Positions 1-8,513 of a stretch of DNA of 64,000 nt are shown here, piece by piece. The position numbers and the translations under genes are program-made. The stretch spans positions 1-64,000 of IMG/VR virus record IMGVR_UViG_3300003323_000540; one strand, 5' to 3'. Each line of letters opens with the position of its first letter. Position 1 is the first letter of the stretch. The DNA is from a virus. The notes under the pieces are model-generated. The model had not been told where the DNA came from and made no database searches. It was given only the letters and a program-made list of their open reading frames with translations.

Positions 1-99
1 TTTTGTAATTAGTTCTTTTGCTTTGCTTCTAGTGTATTTCGAATTGCTATCCAATGATTGTACACGGATGATTTGAACAGACGGCACATTTACATGCAT
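1..99 (-). CDS. hypothetical protein, N-terminal part only (ORF runs off the left edge)
   Basis: ATG at 99..97 lies 4 nt after the stop of 104..727. 33 sense codons (MHVNVPSVQIIRVQSLDSNSKYTRSKAKELITK) stay open to position 1. Absent from the ORF track because it is truncated. Confidence 0.35.
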   Translation of the reverse strand, partial: MHVNVPSVQIIRVQSLDSNSKYTRSKAKELITK

Positions 100-103
100 G
101 TAC

Positions 104-727
104 TTAACGCACTCCTGAGATTATCTCCTTCAGTTGATCACATTCTTTTTTAGCTTCATGCAATTCATCACAAAGTCTTCTACAATCTTTACCTAATTCA
201 AGATTGGCTTGATACTCTGATTCTACTTGTTCTTCTAAATCCTTAACCTTTGCAATCAATTCATCGCGTTCTTTTTGAAGGGAGTCGATTTCTTTTATCC
301 TTTCAATAAAAACAGAATCGTGGTTTTTATACCGCTCCTCCTTATCTGCTAGAAGAGATTCGAGTTCTTTGATTTTATCTTTATCTGCTAACCATTGTCC
401 AGTAAATCCTTTTAATGCTTCCTCCAACTCCTTTATCTTCGATTCGTATTCTGAAAGTTTGGATTTAATTTCACCTGCACCATTGCATGATTTACAAGGC
501 TGCCAATCTCTTTGTGTGCCGCCGTTATAGTTCTCATGTCCTCCTTCTCCGTCGCAATCTTCACACTTTGAGCTATCTTCAAACTCCCTCTTTGCTCGGT
601 TGTAGCCGAATTGGTCGCCTTGCATGAAGGCATGGCGGCAATTAACTGCATTACGATTAATATCATCCTCAACATCTTTTGGAGGTGTGAATGGGTACAG
701 CTTCTCTGCTTCTTCTTGTGGTGTCAT
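104..727 (-). CDS. coiled-coil protein with DnaJ-type double CxxCxGxG zinc finger
   Basis: CEDCDGEG and CKSCNGAG are two CxxCxGxG units as in the DnaJ Cys-rich domain. They are followed by about 120 aa of E/K/L-rich heptad-like sequence. Confidence 0.6.
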   Translation of the reverse strand: MTPQEEAEKLYPFTPPKDVEDDINRNAVNCRHAFMQGDQFGYNRAKREFEDSSKCEDCDGEGGHENYNGGTQRDWQPCKSCNGAGEIKSKLSEYESKIKELEEALKGFTGQWLADKDKIKELESLLADKEERYKNHDSVFIERIKEIDSLQKERDELIAKVKDLEEQVESEYQANLELGKDCRRLCDELHEAKKECDQLKEIISGVR

Positions 728-732
728 GCGCT

Positions 733-969
733 TTATGATCTTCTATGTTTAAAACATTCTTGCGTTTGTAATTGACAATTACCTGGAATAAAACTTACAT
801 TCTTTGCAAATTTCATACATAAGCCATAATTAATTCTATAACTTGCTTTCTTATTATCTTCATATAGATAATCATATGATTTAAACTTGGTAATATTTCT
901 CACCATATGAATACAATCATTACAATTACAATCTATCTTCTGTAATTCTATTAAACTTTCTTTATCCAT
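733..969 (-). CDS. small Cys-rich hypothetical protein
   Basis: Track ORF 733..990 begins at a TTG. The first ATG (MDKESLIELQKIDCNCNDCIH...) is at 969. Contains CNCNDC plus two further Cys. Confidence 0.5.
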   Translation of the reverse strand: MDKESLIELQKIDCNCNDCIHMVRNITKFKSYDYLYEDNKKASYRINYGLCMKFAKNVSFIPGNCQLQTQECFKHRRS

Positions 970-1326
970 CTTTCTATGGTTTTTACACAATTAGTAGCTA
1001 GAGCTTCGGAAATAGCCCTATACCAATACTCTCTAATTGACTACTAATGTGCTATCAAATCTACTTGTACTTGAAGAATTAATTCTATCATTATCACTAA
1101 TGAACTTCTACCTAAATTCGCCTTACCTTTCTAAGGAGTCTGCTACTTTCGGTCTATCTTGTTACAAGCTGCTATCTTTAGAATAGCTAGAAATAATAGA
1201 TCTTTAAAAAAAGGTGTGTATTCGTAGCTTGTTCCCACTTCCCAAGTCCAAACCGCCATCATGTGGCGATCTACTTATTTACCCTCTATTATATTTTTTT
1301 ATTTCACATCCACGGATGGAGACATT

Positions 1327-1482
1327 TTAATATCTTATCTTCTTGTTAAGAACAACAATAAAATTCTCCCCTCTATAATTCTTAAGAGGCTTCTTCTGAT
1401 AGCCATATTTCTCACAATATGTAAGTCTGGAAGAGCAACTTCCACAGACCAAAATTAGTAATAAAAGTATAATCTTTTTCAT
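1327..1482 (-). CDS. small putative lipoprotein (51 aa)
   Basis: Sub-60-aa ORF missed by the track: MKKIILLLLILVCGSCSSRLTYCEKYGYQKKPLKNYRGENFIVVLNKKIRY. It has a basic N-terminus, a hydrophobic core and Cys at positions 13 and 16 (signal-peptidase-II-like). The antisense track ORF 1261..1458 is then spurious. Confidence 0.45.
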   Translation of the reverse strand: MKKIILLLLILVCGSCSSRLTYCEKYGYQKKPLKNYRGENFIVVLNKKIRY

Positions 1483-1503
1483 TTTATTTATGGGTTTTTT
1501 ATT

Positions 1504-1776
1504 TCAATTCAAAAGCCTTTCTCCGCCTCCATATAGTTTAAAATCTGTCTCATTAAACCATAATTCAACCAATGCAATGGTTCCATGATACATATCAGAA
1601 TGTTGATATCTGACAGCGCAAACTTCCAATCTATTTGGAATTCTATTAGATTGACAATAACTATCAAATTTAGGATGAACTTTTACCATCTCTCCTTTTC
1701 TAGGAACGTGACCTCCCATATCAGGGAATTCAATCGTTCTATATTTGTCAATATTGGTGTGAAATATAACTACCAT
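1504..1776 (-). CDS. hypothetical protein
   Basis: Minus-strand ORF packed against its neighbours. No motif recognised. Confidence 0.55.
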   Translation of the reverse strand: MVVIFHTNIDKYRTIEFPDMGGHVPRKGEMVKVHPKFDSYCQSNRIPNRLEVCAVRYQHSDMYHGTIALVELWFNETDFKLYGGGERLLN

Positions 1777-1782
1777 AATCTT

Positions 1783-2031
1783 TCAATTATCTAGTTTCAC
1801 ACTTTCCTCGTCTGGCTTTCCAACTATGCTGTTGTAGCGATCAACGGCAGATACTGCACTTGCCCCTTCAAATATAATTTCTTTACCATGAATTACACGA
1901 TATAGTGGACTTCCAGACTTCGCTAATAGTCTTTTTCTTTCGCTAGTTGAGGAGGCAAATATTACCCATGATTCCCAATCATAAAGAGAGTCTAATGATA
2001 TTGTGTGTGGCGTTTTCATATTAATATTCAT
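1783..2031 (-). CDS. hypothetical protein
   Basis: Minus-strand ORF with an 11-nt overlap with the upstream gene. No motif recognised. Confidence 0.55.
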   Translation of the reverse strand: MNINMKTPHTISLDSLYDWESWVIFASSTSERKRLLAKSGSPLYRVIHGKEIIFEGASAVSAVDRYNSIVGKPDEESVKLDN

Positions 2032-2386
2032 CGTCTAACAGCTCTTCTTCATCTTGATAAAAATACCCTTGAAATTCGCATTCTTCTGGCGCTTGATCCA
2101 TCCATTTCCAATTTTCACTTTGAGTTAAGTTTGGATACAAAACATCTGCTTTTCCAGAAAAAGCTAATCGTATTCCCTCATCGCGGTCTGTTAATTCGTT
2201 CATTTGGGCAAGTAGTTCGTAAAAATCCTTGCCTCCAAATTCACCGTAACCTTCGTAATTATCTTCCCGCCAAATATTGCCTTTATCGTCGTGCATAAAT
2301 ACAGTGAATACTGGTTTATCACCTATATTACCAACTGCCGCAATGCTTTTATGCGTATCTTGTGTTTTCCAACTAAATACTCCCAT
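2021..2386 (-). CDS. hypothetical protein with acidic C-terminus
   Basis: First ORF after the 126-nt gap 2387..2512. C-terminus is QDEEELLDDEY. No motif recognised. Confidence 0.55.
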   Translation of the reverse strand: MGVFSWKTQDTHKSIAAVGNIGDKPVFTVFMHDDKGNIWREDNYEGYGEFGGKDFYELLAQMNELTDRDEGIRLAFSGKADVLYPNLTQSENWKWMDQAPEECEFQGYFYQDEEELLDDEY

Positions 2387-2512
2387 AATTTTTTCGTTTT
2401 AGTTTTGTTTTCGTTTGATGATATAAAGGTATAAAAAGCTCGAATCACTCCAAACTTTTTTAAATAATATTTTTAAACTATTTGCAACTATCTGATTATC
2501 AGATAAAATAAT

Positions 2513-3487
2513 TTAAACTAAATATTCTTTATTGTTAAACTTAATAGTGATTTTGGGCCTATTTAATGTACTTTTATAGGATTCTCCTTTAGGCCAAACG
2601 AATTTATTGCCATTCCATACGGTTCCTAGAATGTATTCTTGAATTGTGCATCGACAATTTACATGTAAAGCAGCTATAGTAGGTTTGTATTCGCTCGCTT
2701 TTCTTCCAATGTTGCTTCCATTATTTTGAAGTTCCGAAACAGTAAATATTTTAGGCTCACTTCCTTCTCCATTTGTAAGATAAGCTTCTACACAATATTT
2801 ACATGCAGTCTTTTGAACAAGAAAATATGCTTTCCCTTCTTCATCGCCTTTAGAATATCTTCTTTCTAACATTGCTACTCTACCTTCATTTAAAGCAGTG
2901 TGAGAAATGTAAGAAACAGATTTATCAAAATTACGGCTCCAATCGCCAACCTCCTTTGCAATTTTTCTTGCAATAGTTTTTCTATCTTCTCTCTTTTCTA
3001 AACCTTGGATTATTTTATTTCTTAAATACTCTTCTTGATTTGCTCGCGCATTCCCATGAGTATCTGCAACTACATTATTAATATCTTGAAATATTTTTCC
3101 TCGTGTTGACTTTATATCAGCAAGAGATTGCATCTTAATATTATTGATCGTAGCTAATTCTCTTTGATTTAAAGGAATGTGTTGCCCTGATTTAATATAA
3201 CGTATTAATTGTTCTTGATTTAATCCTTGAGCTTCTTTGGAAGAAAGAATGCTGGATAGCATCCCTAATTGAAAATTCAATTTTACTAAATCTGTTGTTT
3301 CGTCATACAGATTTTTATAATCAATTCTGTTATTAACTAATATTTGTTTATCGCTTTCCGATAATCCATCTTCACCAATAGTCTTTCCAACAAACAATAA
3401 TAATTGCTTGTCTATTATTTCAAGTATTGTGTGAATATTATCAGGCGAAAGCATTAGCGGTAAAAAAATGTCACAAATATATTCCAC
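2513..3487 (-). CDS. head morphogenesis protein, SPP1 gp7 / Mu F-like
   Basis: HTALNEGRVAMLE ... AALHVNCRCTIQEY matches the conserved MuF-family core (H-x-N-C-R-C). Lies in the head module downstream of the portal gene. A likelier start is MLSPDN at 3454, giving a TAATG junction with the upstream stop. Confidence 0.7.
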   Translation of the reverse strand: MEYICDIFLPLMLSPDNIHTILEIIDKQLLLFVGKTIGEDGLSESDKQILVNNRIDYKNLYDETTDLVKLNFQLGMLSSILSSKEAQGLNQEQLIRYIKSGQHIPLNQRELATINNIKMQSLADIKSTRGKIFQDINNVVADTHGNARANQEEYLRNKIIQGLEKREDRKTIARKIAKEVGDWSRNFDKSVSYISHTALNEGRVAMLERRYSKGDEEGKAYFLVQKTACKYCVEAYLTNGEGSEPKIFTVSELQNNGSNIGRKASEYKPTIAALHVNCRCTIQEYILGTVWNGNKFVWPKGESYKSTLNRPKITIKFNNKEYLV

Positions 3488-3930
3488 ATTGAGTGGATGA
3501 TAACCGATGAACGATAGCTGAAATCATTTTTAACGTATACACATGCAAAGATAAAACCATATATACCTTGAATCAAAACATTTTCAGGGCCTCCGTGTAA
3601 ATATCCAAACAGAATTGAACTAATGATTAAGACAGGTAGCAAAAATCTTCTTATTCCAAATTCCTTTGCTATTAAAATAGGGGCATGGCGAAAAGCTAAT
3701 TCCTCCCAAAGAGGAGCGAAAACACAACAACGAAAAATATAATTTGGAGTTATTTCTTCATCCACTATATGACCTAAATGCATAAAGCTATTTAATACCA
3801 ATGTCCAGCAAATTATAAGGCCAAATCCGCAGGCAATGTTAAATAGTTTATCTATTGTATACTTAGACCTTTTGAGTAAAAATTTTATAAGTTTCACACA
3901 TCCAAATAAGAGCTTATTTCCTTCATGCAA
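3454..3930 (-). CDS. CPBP (CAAX/Abi) family intramembrane metalloprotease, minimal 158-aa form
   Basis: All three CPBP motifs are present in order inside hydrophobic segments: WEELAFR (EExxxR), FGYLH (FxxxH) and HSMWN (HxxxN). Confidence 0.65.
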   Translation of the reverse strand: MHEGNKLLFGCVKLIKFLLKRSKYTIDKLFNIACGFGLIICWTLVLNSFMHLGHIVDEEITPNYIFRCCVFAPLWEELAFRHAPILIAKEFGIRRFLLPVLIISSILFGYLHGGPENVLIQGIYGFIFACVYVKNDFSYRSSVIIHSMWNIFVTFFYR

Positions 3931-4115
3931 TTGGCTAGAGTTCTATCGAATTCTTCTTTATAACTCTGCTCTATCTCCTCTACCACCTTCAAGAAAGGTT
4001 TTTCCTTCACTACCGGCTTAACTATTTGCTTAGTTGGTTCTGCTTTATATATCCACTCTCTATCGTCTGTAAAAGTAAATACAAAGCCATTATTTAGCTT
4101 TATCGTCTGCTGCAT
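3894..4115 (-). CDS. hypothetical protein
   Basis: Minus-strand ORF that overlaps both neighbours (37 and 26 nt), so start and reality are less certain. Confidence 0.4.
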   Translation of the reverse strand: MQQTIKLNNGFVFTFTDDREWIYKAEPTKQIVKPVVKEKPFLKVVEEIEQSYKEEFDRTLANCMKEISSYLDV

Positions 4116-4338
4116 TTTCCTTCTTGGTTAATTTACCTCCTACATATCCCAATACTGCCATGAATGCAATTGAAGACTTTAACCAGGTCGGAATATAATC
4201 TTGTGGTATAAGGGAAAATTGCTCCATTGAAAAGCCAACTGCCGCACATAGGGCTAGACCTTTGCCAATATAGTTTTTCACTAAGATTCCGATCTTAGTT
4301 TCTTCTGCTTGCCATTGTCCTTTTAACTTATTCCACAT
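4090..4338 (-). CDS. small two-TM membrane protein, holin-like topology
   Basis: 82 aa with two hydrophobic helices (GLALCAAVGFS, SSIAFMAVLGYVGG) and a charged tail KLTKKENAADDKAK. Confidence 0.45.
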   Translation of the reverse strand: MWNKLKGQWQAEETKIGILVKNYIGKGLALCAAVGFSMEQFSLIPQDYIPTWLKSSIAFMAVLGYVGGKLTKKENAADDKAK

Positions 4339-4345
4339 ATAATTA

Positions 4346-4705
4346 TTATTTTATCATTGCATCCGGCCCTATAATACCTTTATAGATAAGATAGAACATA
4401 AGTAAATTAATCAACATTTGAGCGACAGATCTACCTATACTCCATACAGTTTCTTTCAAAGATTTCTTCGCCCCTATTGAAATATCTTGTTCAGTATTTT
4501 TTTTCTTAATTTCTTCTATCTCTCTGTTTAAAAGATTTAGCTTTTCTTCTAATTGCTTTTGTTTATCAATTACTCCAACATAATTAATGGAAGCATCTCC
4601 AAATAAGCCCATGTCTATCTTGGATAATTTCTTATCCATATTAGTTAGAATCTCTTCCACTTGCCCCAAACGATCTTCCAAATCTTTAAATTTTTCTGAT
4701 TCCAT
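4346..4705 (-). CDS. coiled-coil protein with C-terminal TM anchor
   Basis: E/K/L-rich N-terminal 90 aa, then the hydrophobic segment VAQMLINLLMFYLIYKGIIG. Confidence 0.5.
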   Translation of the reverse strand: MESEKFKDLEDRLGQVEEILTNMDKKLSKIDMGLFGDASINYVGVIDKQKQLEEKLNLLNREIEEIKKKNTEQDISIGAKKSLKETVWSIGRSVAQMLINLLMFYLIYKGIIGPDAMIK

Positions 4706-4707
4706 TT

Positions 4708-5133
4708 CTAACCTTCCCCATTAATTTTTCCCTTTTTCATTATTGAATGAATGGCTAAATAAACTTCTGGTGCTATAAATGCGCCAGAACAAATCCAATA
4801 TGCTATTGAAGGAGGATCTAATTCATTTTTAAATGTTACCATAAAAATAAAAACTTCTAATGCCACAAAACCAAAAATGTGAGACATTAAAAGAGCTACC
4901 TCTTTATCTTCTAATATTCCATTTAAACCAGAATATCCAGATTTAATATAAAGACTTGTCATTACAATGGCGGCGGTTATGCCAACCACCAACATTAAAA
5001 TTAAACCAGCAAAAATAGAAATCTGTCGTGAAATCCCTAAATCATTCCAAGTAGTGATAACACCAAAATTTACTAAAAATTTAATAAATCCTGTGATTAA
5101 TATTGTCGATATAGTTAATGCAACTTTAAGCAT
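4708..5133 (-). CDS. multi-pass (about 4 TM) membrane protein
   Basis: 141 aa, almost entirely hydrophobic helices. 8-nt overlap with the upstream GIY-YIG gene. Confidence 0.55.
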   Translation of the reverse strand: MLKVALTISTILITGFIKFLVNFGVITTWNDLGISRQISIFAGLILMLVVGITAAIVMTSLYIKSGYSGLNGILEDKEVALLMSHIFGFVALEVFIFMVTFKNELDPPSIAYWICSGAFIAPEVYLAIHSIMKKGKINGEG

Positions 5134-5857
5134 GGATTTTTTTAGGAATTCCTGTAATACTATTCCATGTCTTTCCAGAAATTACATCATACACAGTTCT
5201 ATGTGATATTCCAATTTCTTTAGCAATACTTTTATATTTCATTCCAATGAAAATATTATACATAATTTCTTGTACAATATTATTATTCAAAACAGAAATT
5301 GGAGAACTTTCCCCCATCATTCTAATTGCAAGTTTTTCTTTATCATCAAATGACATTTTTTTACCTTTATGAGATAAAGATAATTTTATTTTAGTTTGAG
5401 TAGAGAGTGGTTTGCCCTTTAAGGCATTTGAAATTTTATTATAATGATCTTTTGTTCTGATCATATTTTTAGAAGCAATTCCTATTTTTCGCTTTGTATC
5501 ATCCGATAATTTTTTACCTAAATTAATTTCTCTTAACTTATTTTTCGTAGATTCAGCATGATTTACTTTACTTCCTCCACACGGTTTAACATTTAAAAAA
5601 TTATAATTAAGAGATCGATAATAATTTTCCCAAAAAATTTCTCGTTCATTTAATAAATGAACAGGACATTCTTCTATTATGGAAAATTTATGATTTTCCA
5701 CTCCATACAATAAAAAAGAAGAATATAGATGCAATTGCGCTTTACAATTTAATGCTTTATAATTACTCCATCTTTTTTTTATATTCTTACTTAATCCAAT
5801 ATATATCGAATTATTTGGAGATTCTATCAAATATATTCCAGATATTTTATTTTTCAT
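5126..5857 (-). CDS. GIY-YIG homing endonuclease (I-TevI/Seg-like) with NUMOD-type repeats and C-terminal HTH
   Basis: SGIYLIESPNNSIYIGLSKNIKKRWSNY is the GIY-(10)-YIG module with a downstream Arg. Repeated S-x-x-T-K-x-K-(I/L)-S units are present, and the C-terminus carries IAKEIGISHRTVYDVISGK. Confidence 0.8.
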   Translation of the reverse strand: MKNKISGIYLIESPNNSIYIGLSKNIKKRWSNYKALNCKAQLHLYSSFLLYGVENHKFSIIEECPVHLLNEREIFWENYYRSLNYNFLNVKPCGGSKVNHAESTKNKLREINLGKKLSDDTKRKIGIASKNMIRTKDHYNKISNALKGKPLSTQTKIKLSLSHKGKKMSFDDKEKLAIRMMGESSPISVLNNNIVQEIMYNIFIGMKYKSIAKEIGISHRTVYDVISGKTWNSITGIPKKIHA

Positions 5858-7503
5858 GCTATTACGGTTTCATCTCGTTTAGATAACCAATCTACATAAG
5901 CCTTAGAAAATGGATTTTCTTCATCATCTAAAAACGGATTGCTGTTTGTTTTATCTTCTTTGTCTTTCTCTTCTTGCTTATTAAGTTGTTCTTGTTGTTG
6001 CTGGCTTCCCATTTGTTGCATTTGAAAAAACAATGGATTAAGCGGCAATTTTCCCATTCCATTTGGAAGAGGTTTCATTCCTTTAATCTTTCTTGCTTCA
6101 TCTACAGTTGTAAATAAAACAACTTCTTTTTGCAATCTGTCTTGCTCTTCTTGAGCGCTTTCAACGTCTAATCCAGCAAATCTAAATTTCCATTTACCAT
6201 TTGATTTTGGCCCAATGATAAATTTGTTAATTACTTTTTCAATGTGCGTTAATAGTGGCTTTAATCCCTTATCAATCGAATATTGTTTTTCCTTGCTGCC
6301 ATTATCGCTTCCAAGTTTATTTGATCCTTGGCCTTCTAAAGGAAATCCTATTTCTTCTGGAGAGATTTTAAACACTCCACAAATTAATTTTATCAACCAT
6401 TCTTGGAACTTTGAAAATTCCATGTCACGATTTGTTTTTTGAAGGTCTAACCATTCAAAAGATTCCGCATCTAGTATTGGGGTTTTATGCGCATTCGTAA
6501 CACCTGACATTAAGGCATTCCAATCTCTTTTAAATTGAGCCATTGTATCAGGATTCATTCCTTGCGATTTCTTTACAAGCAACGCTCCCTTTGGAGCTGT
6601 ACCTTGTCTAAAGAAGTTTGCATTATAGGTATCTGAATTTACAATGGCAGTAATTGTTTGAATGAGATCTTCCAATTCTGCTCTACCATAGCCATTAGAA
6701 TAAATGTCAGTTGTAACATTACGTGTACAAAACGCCATTTCCCAAGGATAAAACTCTCTTATAATTACACCTTGATATACTTGAACGTATGATGGATACT
6801 CTCCATTTACTTTCAATTCTCCTTCGTGTGTATCGGATTGATCATTGTAGCTATCAGCTATTCTAATTGTCGCTCCATCCACGGCCACAAAAGAATATGG
6901 AACAAAATTCCTTTGTGGTATAACTTCTAATATTCCTTGATCAAGCACTAAACTATCTTCTACAAATTTTCTTATTGTAGTTTCAAAGTCATCCCATTTC
7001 CATTTACTTTCATCTTCACCACAATTCAATAAAAATCCAGTAAGATATTTTTGCATCTTCAAATCTCCATCTGAAAGACCTTCTGAATCATCTACTCCGT
7101 CTTTCTCAAGAACGAATCCCTTGGAATATTTATCCGGCTGCGGTTTGCAGAATTCGGCAACTTGATCTTTTCTTGTGTTTATAATAGCGCGTATAACTGG
7201 CACCCTTGACATTGCTCTAAGGGCGCTGAATGAAAGCATTGTAGCCTTATTATAATATCCCTGCGAGCTTGAAATCTGCATTGGATCCATAATAAGAGCT
7301 TTCACTCCACTATTGGGTTGTCGCTGCATTGGGTTGTTGCGCGACATAAAATCTGTATAATACTTTTGAGCTTTATATATAGTATCTACGTCTTGAGAAT
7401 GCAATGCTTTCTCAAGCGATAGTGCCCGCTCAATTTTTAATTTTGATTCTTGTTCATCAAGTTGAGCAAGGCGATTTATAATGTTGCCATTATTTTCAGC
7501 CAT
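5854..7503 (-). CDS. portal protein
   Basis: 549 aa in the head module. Has a portal-like conserved core (NRDMEFSKFQEWLIKLICGVFKISPEEIG) and a Q/E/D-rich acidic C-terminal tail. Confidence 0.7.
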   Translation of the reverse strand: MAENNGNIINRLAQLDEQESKLKIERALSLEKALHSQDVDTIYKAQKYYTDFMSRNNPMQRQPNSGVKALIMDPMQISSSQGYYNKATMLSFSALRAMSRVPVIRAIINTRKDQVAEFCKPQPDKYSKGFVLEKDGVDDSEGLSDGDLKMQKYLTGFLLNCGEDESKWKWDDFETTIRKFVEDSLVLDQGILEVIPQRNFVPYSFVAVDGATIRIADSYNDQSDTHEGELKVNGEYPSYVQVYQGVIIREFYPWEMAFCTRNVTTDIYSNGYGRAELEDLIQTITAIVNSDTYNANFFRQGTAPKGALLVKKSQGMNPDTMAQFKRDWNALMSGVTNAHKTPILDAESFEWLDLQKTNRDMEFSKFQEWLIKLICGVFKISPEEIGFPLEGQGSNKLGSDNGSKEKQYSIDKGLKPLLTHIEKVINKFIIGPKSNGKWKFRFAGLDVESAQEEQDRLQKEVVLFTTVDEARKIKGMKPLPNGMGKLPLNPLFFQMQQMGSQQQQEQLNKQEEKDKEDKTNSNPFLDDEENPFSKAYVDWLSKRDETVIA

Positions 7504-7512
7504 TAGAAGATT

Positions 7513-7827
7513 TTATTTTTCTCCCGCTACTTTCTTGCGAACAAAAAGAATTGCTTGGTTTTTACCTGATTGAACTACAAATCCTTTCAAATCCTTTGTT
7601 GCTGCTGTGAATTGCTCATCGCCATTTTCGCCTTTTTGCAGTTCTTCACGGAATTTATTCAATGATTGCGCTGAATAAATTTCATATAATGAACTTGGAT
7701 ACTGTTCTTCAAATTCAGACTTTATAATCAACTTCGCAGGCGCTTTTTTTGCATCCGCATAGCAAGAAGCTATTCTTTCCTTTGCTTCTTTTTGATGATC
7801 TTTAATAATGTCATTAAGATGAGCCAT
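7513..7827 (-). CDS. hypothetical protein
   Basis: Minus-strand ORF 9 nt upstream of the portal gene. No motif recognised. Confidence 0.55.
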   Translation of the reverse strand: MAHLNDIIKDHQKEAKERIASCYADAKKAPAKLIIKSEFEEQYPSSLYEIYSAQSLNKFREELQKGENGDEQFTAATKDLKGFVVQSGKNQAILFVRKKVAGEK

Positions 7828-7870
7828 AATAAAAATTTGTTACTTTATTATGGTTAAATATACTCATTTT

Positions 7871-8290
7871 TTAACCCTCTTTTGAGAGTAATTGTATCTG
7901 CTTATTCAATTCCTCTATCTGATATTCATAGTAATTGATAGCTTTTTTCATTTCCTCAATCTTGATTTCATTACCAATTGCAATTCTAAAAAGGCTCACA
8001 TTGACCCAATGACCGCCTTCTTTGATCTTTTCCTCTTTTTTTAGTACAAAACCGAATGTATTTGCAAAAGATAGTTTAAGAAATGCTTCTTGTTCTGGCA
8101 ATTTGGTCTTTTTAACCAATCTATTAATGGTAAACCATTTGCCACCAACCGCTTCATCAATTTCTTTTGCTAATGAAATTGCACGAGCTTTATTGTCTGG
8201 ATTTGAAATCCATTCTTCGTAATCTTTTTTATCTTGTTCAGTTACTTCTCCGAACTGCTTTTCGATTTCTTCTTTAACTTCTGTATTCAT
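7871..8290 (-). CDS. hypothetical protein
   Basis: Minus-strand ORF, E/K-rich. No motif recognised. Confidence 0.55.
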   Translation of the reverse strand: MNTEVKEEIEKQFGEVTEQDKKDYEEWISNPDNKARAISLAKEIDEAVGGKWFTINRLVKKTKLPEQEAFLKLSFANTFGFVLKKEEKIKEGGHWVNVSLFRIAIGNEIKIEEMKKAINYYEYQIEELNKQIQLLSKEG

Positions 8291-8291
8291 T

Positions 8292-8513
8292 TTATTTTAA
8301 ATCTCCTTTTTCTTTTAATATTTCAATTACTGACGGTAGAACTTGTTCATAATAAATAGTATCATAGCATTTTATTCTACTATTGGCATTCTTAAAAATT
8401 TCATTTGTTCTGGCAAAGTATTCCAAATGTTTTTTACCTTCTTTATAAATTCCTTTAAGAACATAAATTGGCTGTTCTTTAATTTTGTCTAAATCTACTT
8501 GTTGTATCACCAT
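8292..8513 (-). CDS. hypothetical protein
   Basis: Minus-strand ORF with a 35-nt overlap with 8479..8688. Confidence 0.45.
   Translation of the reverse strand: MVIQQVDLDKIKEQPIYVLKGIYKEGKKHLEYFARTNEIFKNANSRIKCYDTIYYEQVLPSVIEILKEKGDLK

Noticed and set aside
433-675. Nested same-strand alternative-frame ORFs (433..675, 23956..24156, 24660..24860, 35187..35384)
   Set aside because: All are fully or largely contained in longer ORFs with clear motifs (zinc-finger protein, glucosaminidase, paralogue A, SbcD/SSB junction). There is no evidence for overprinting.
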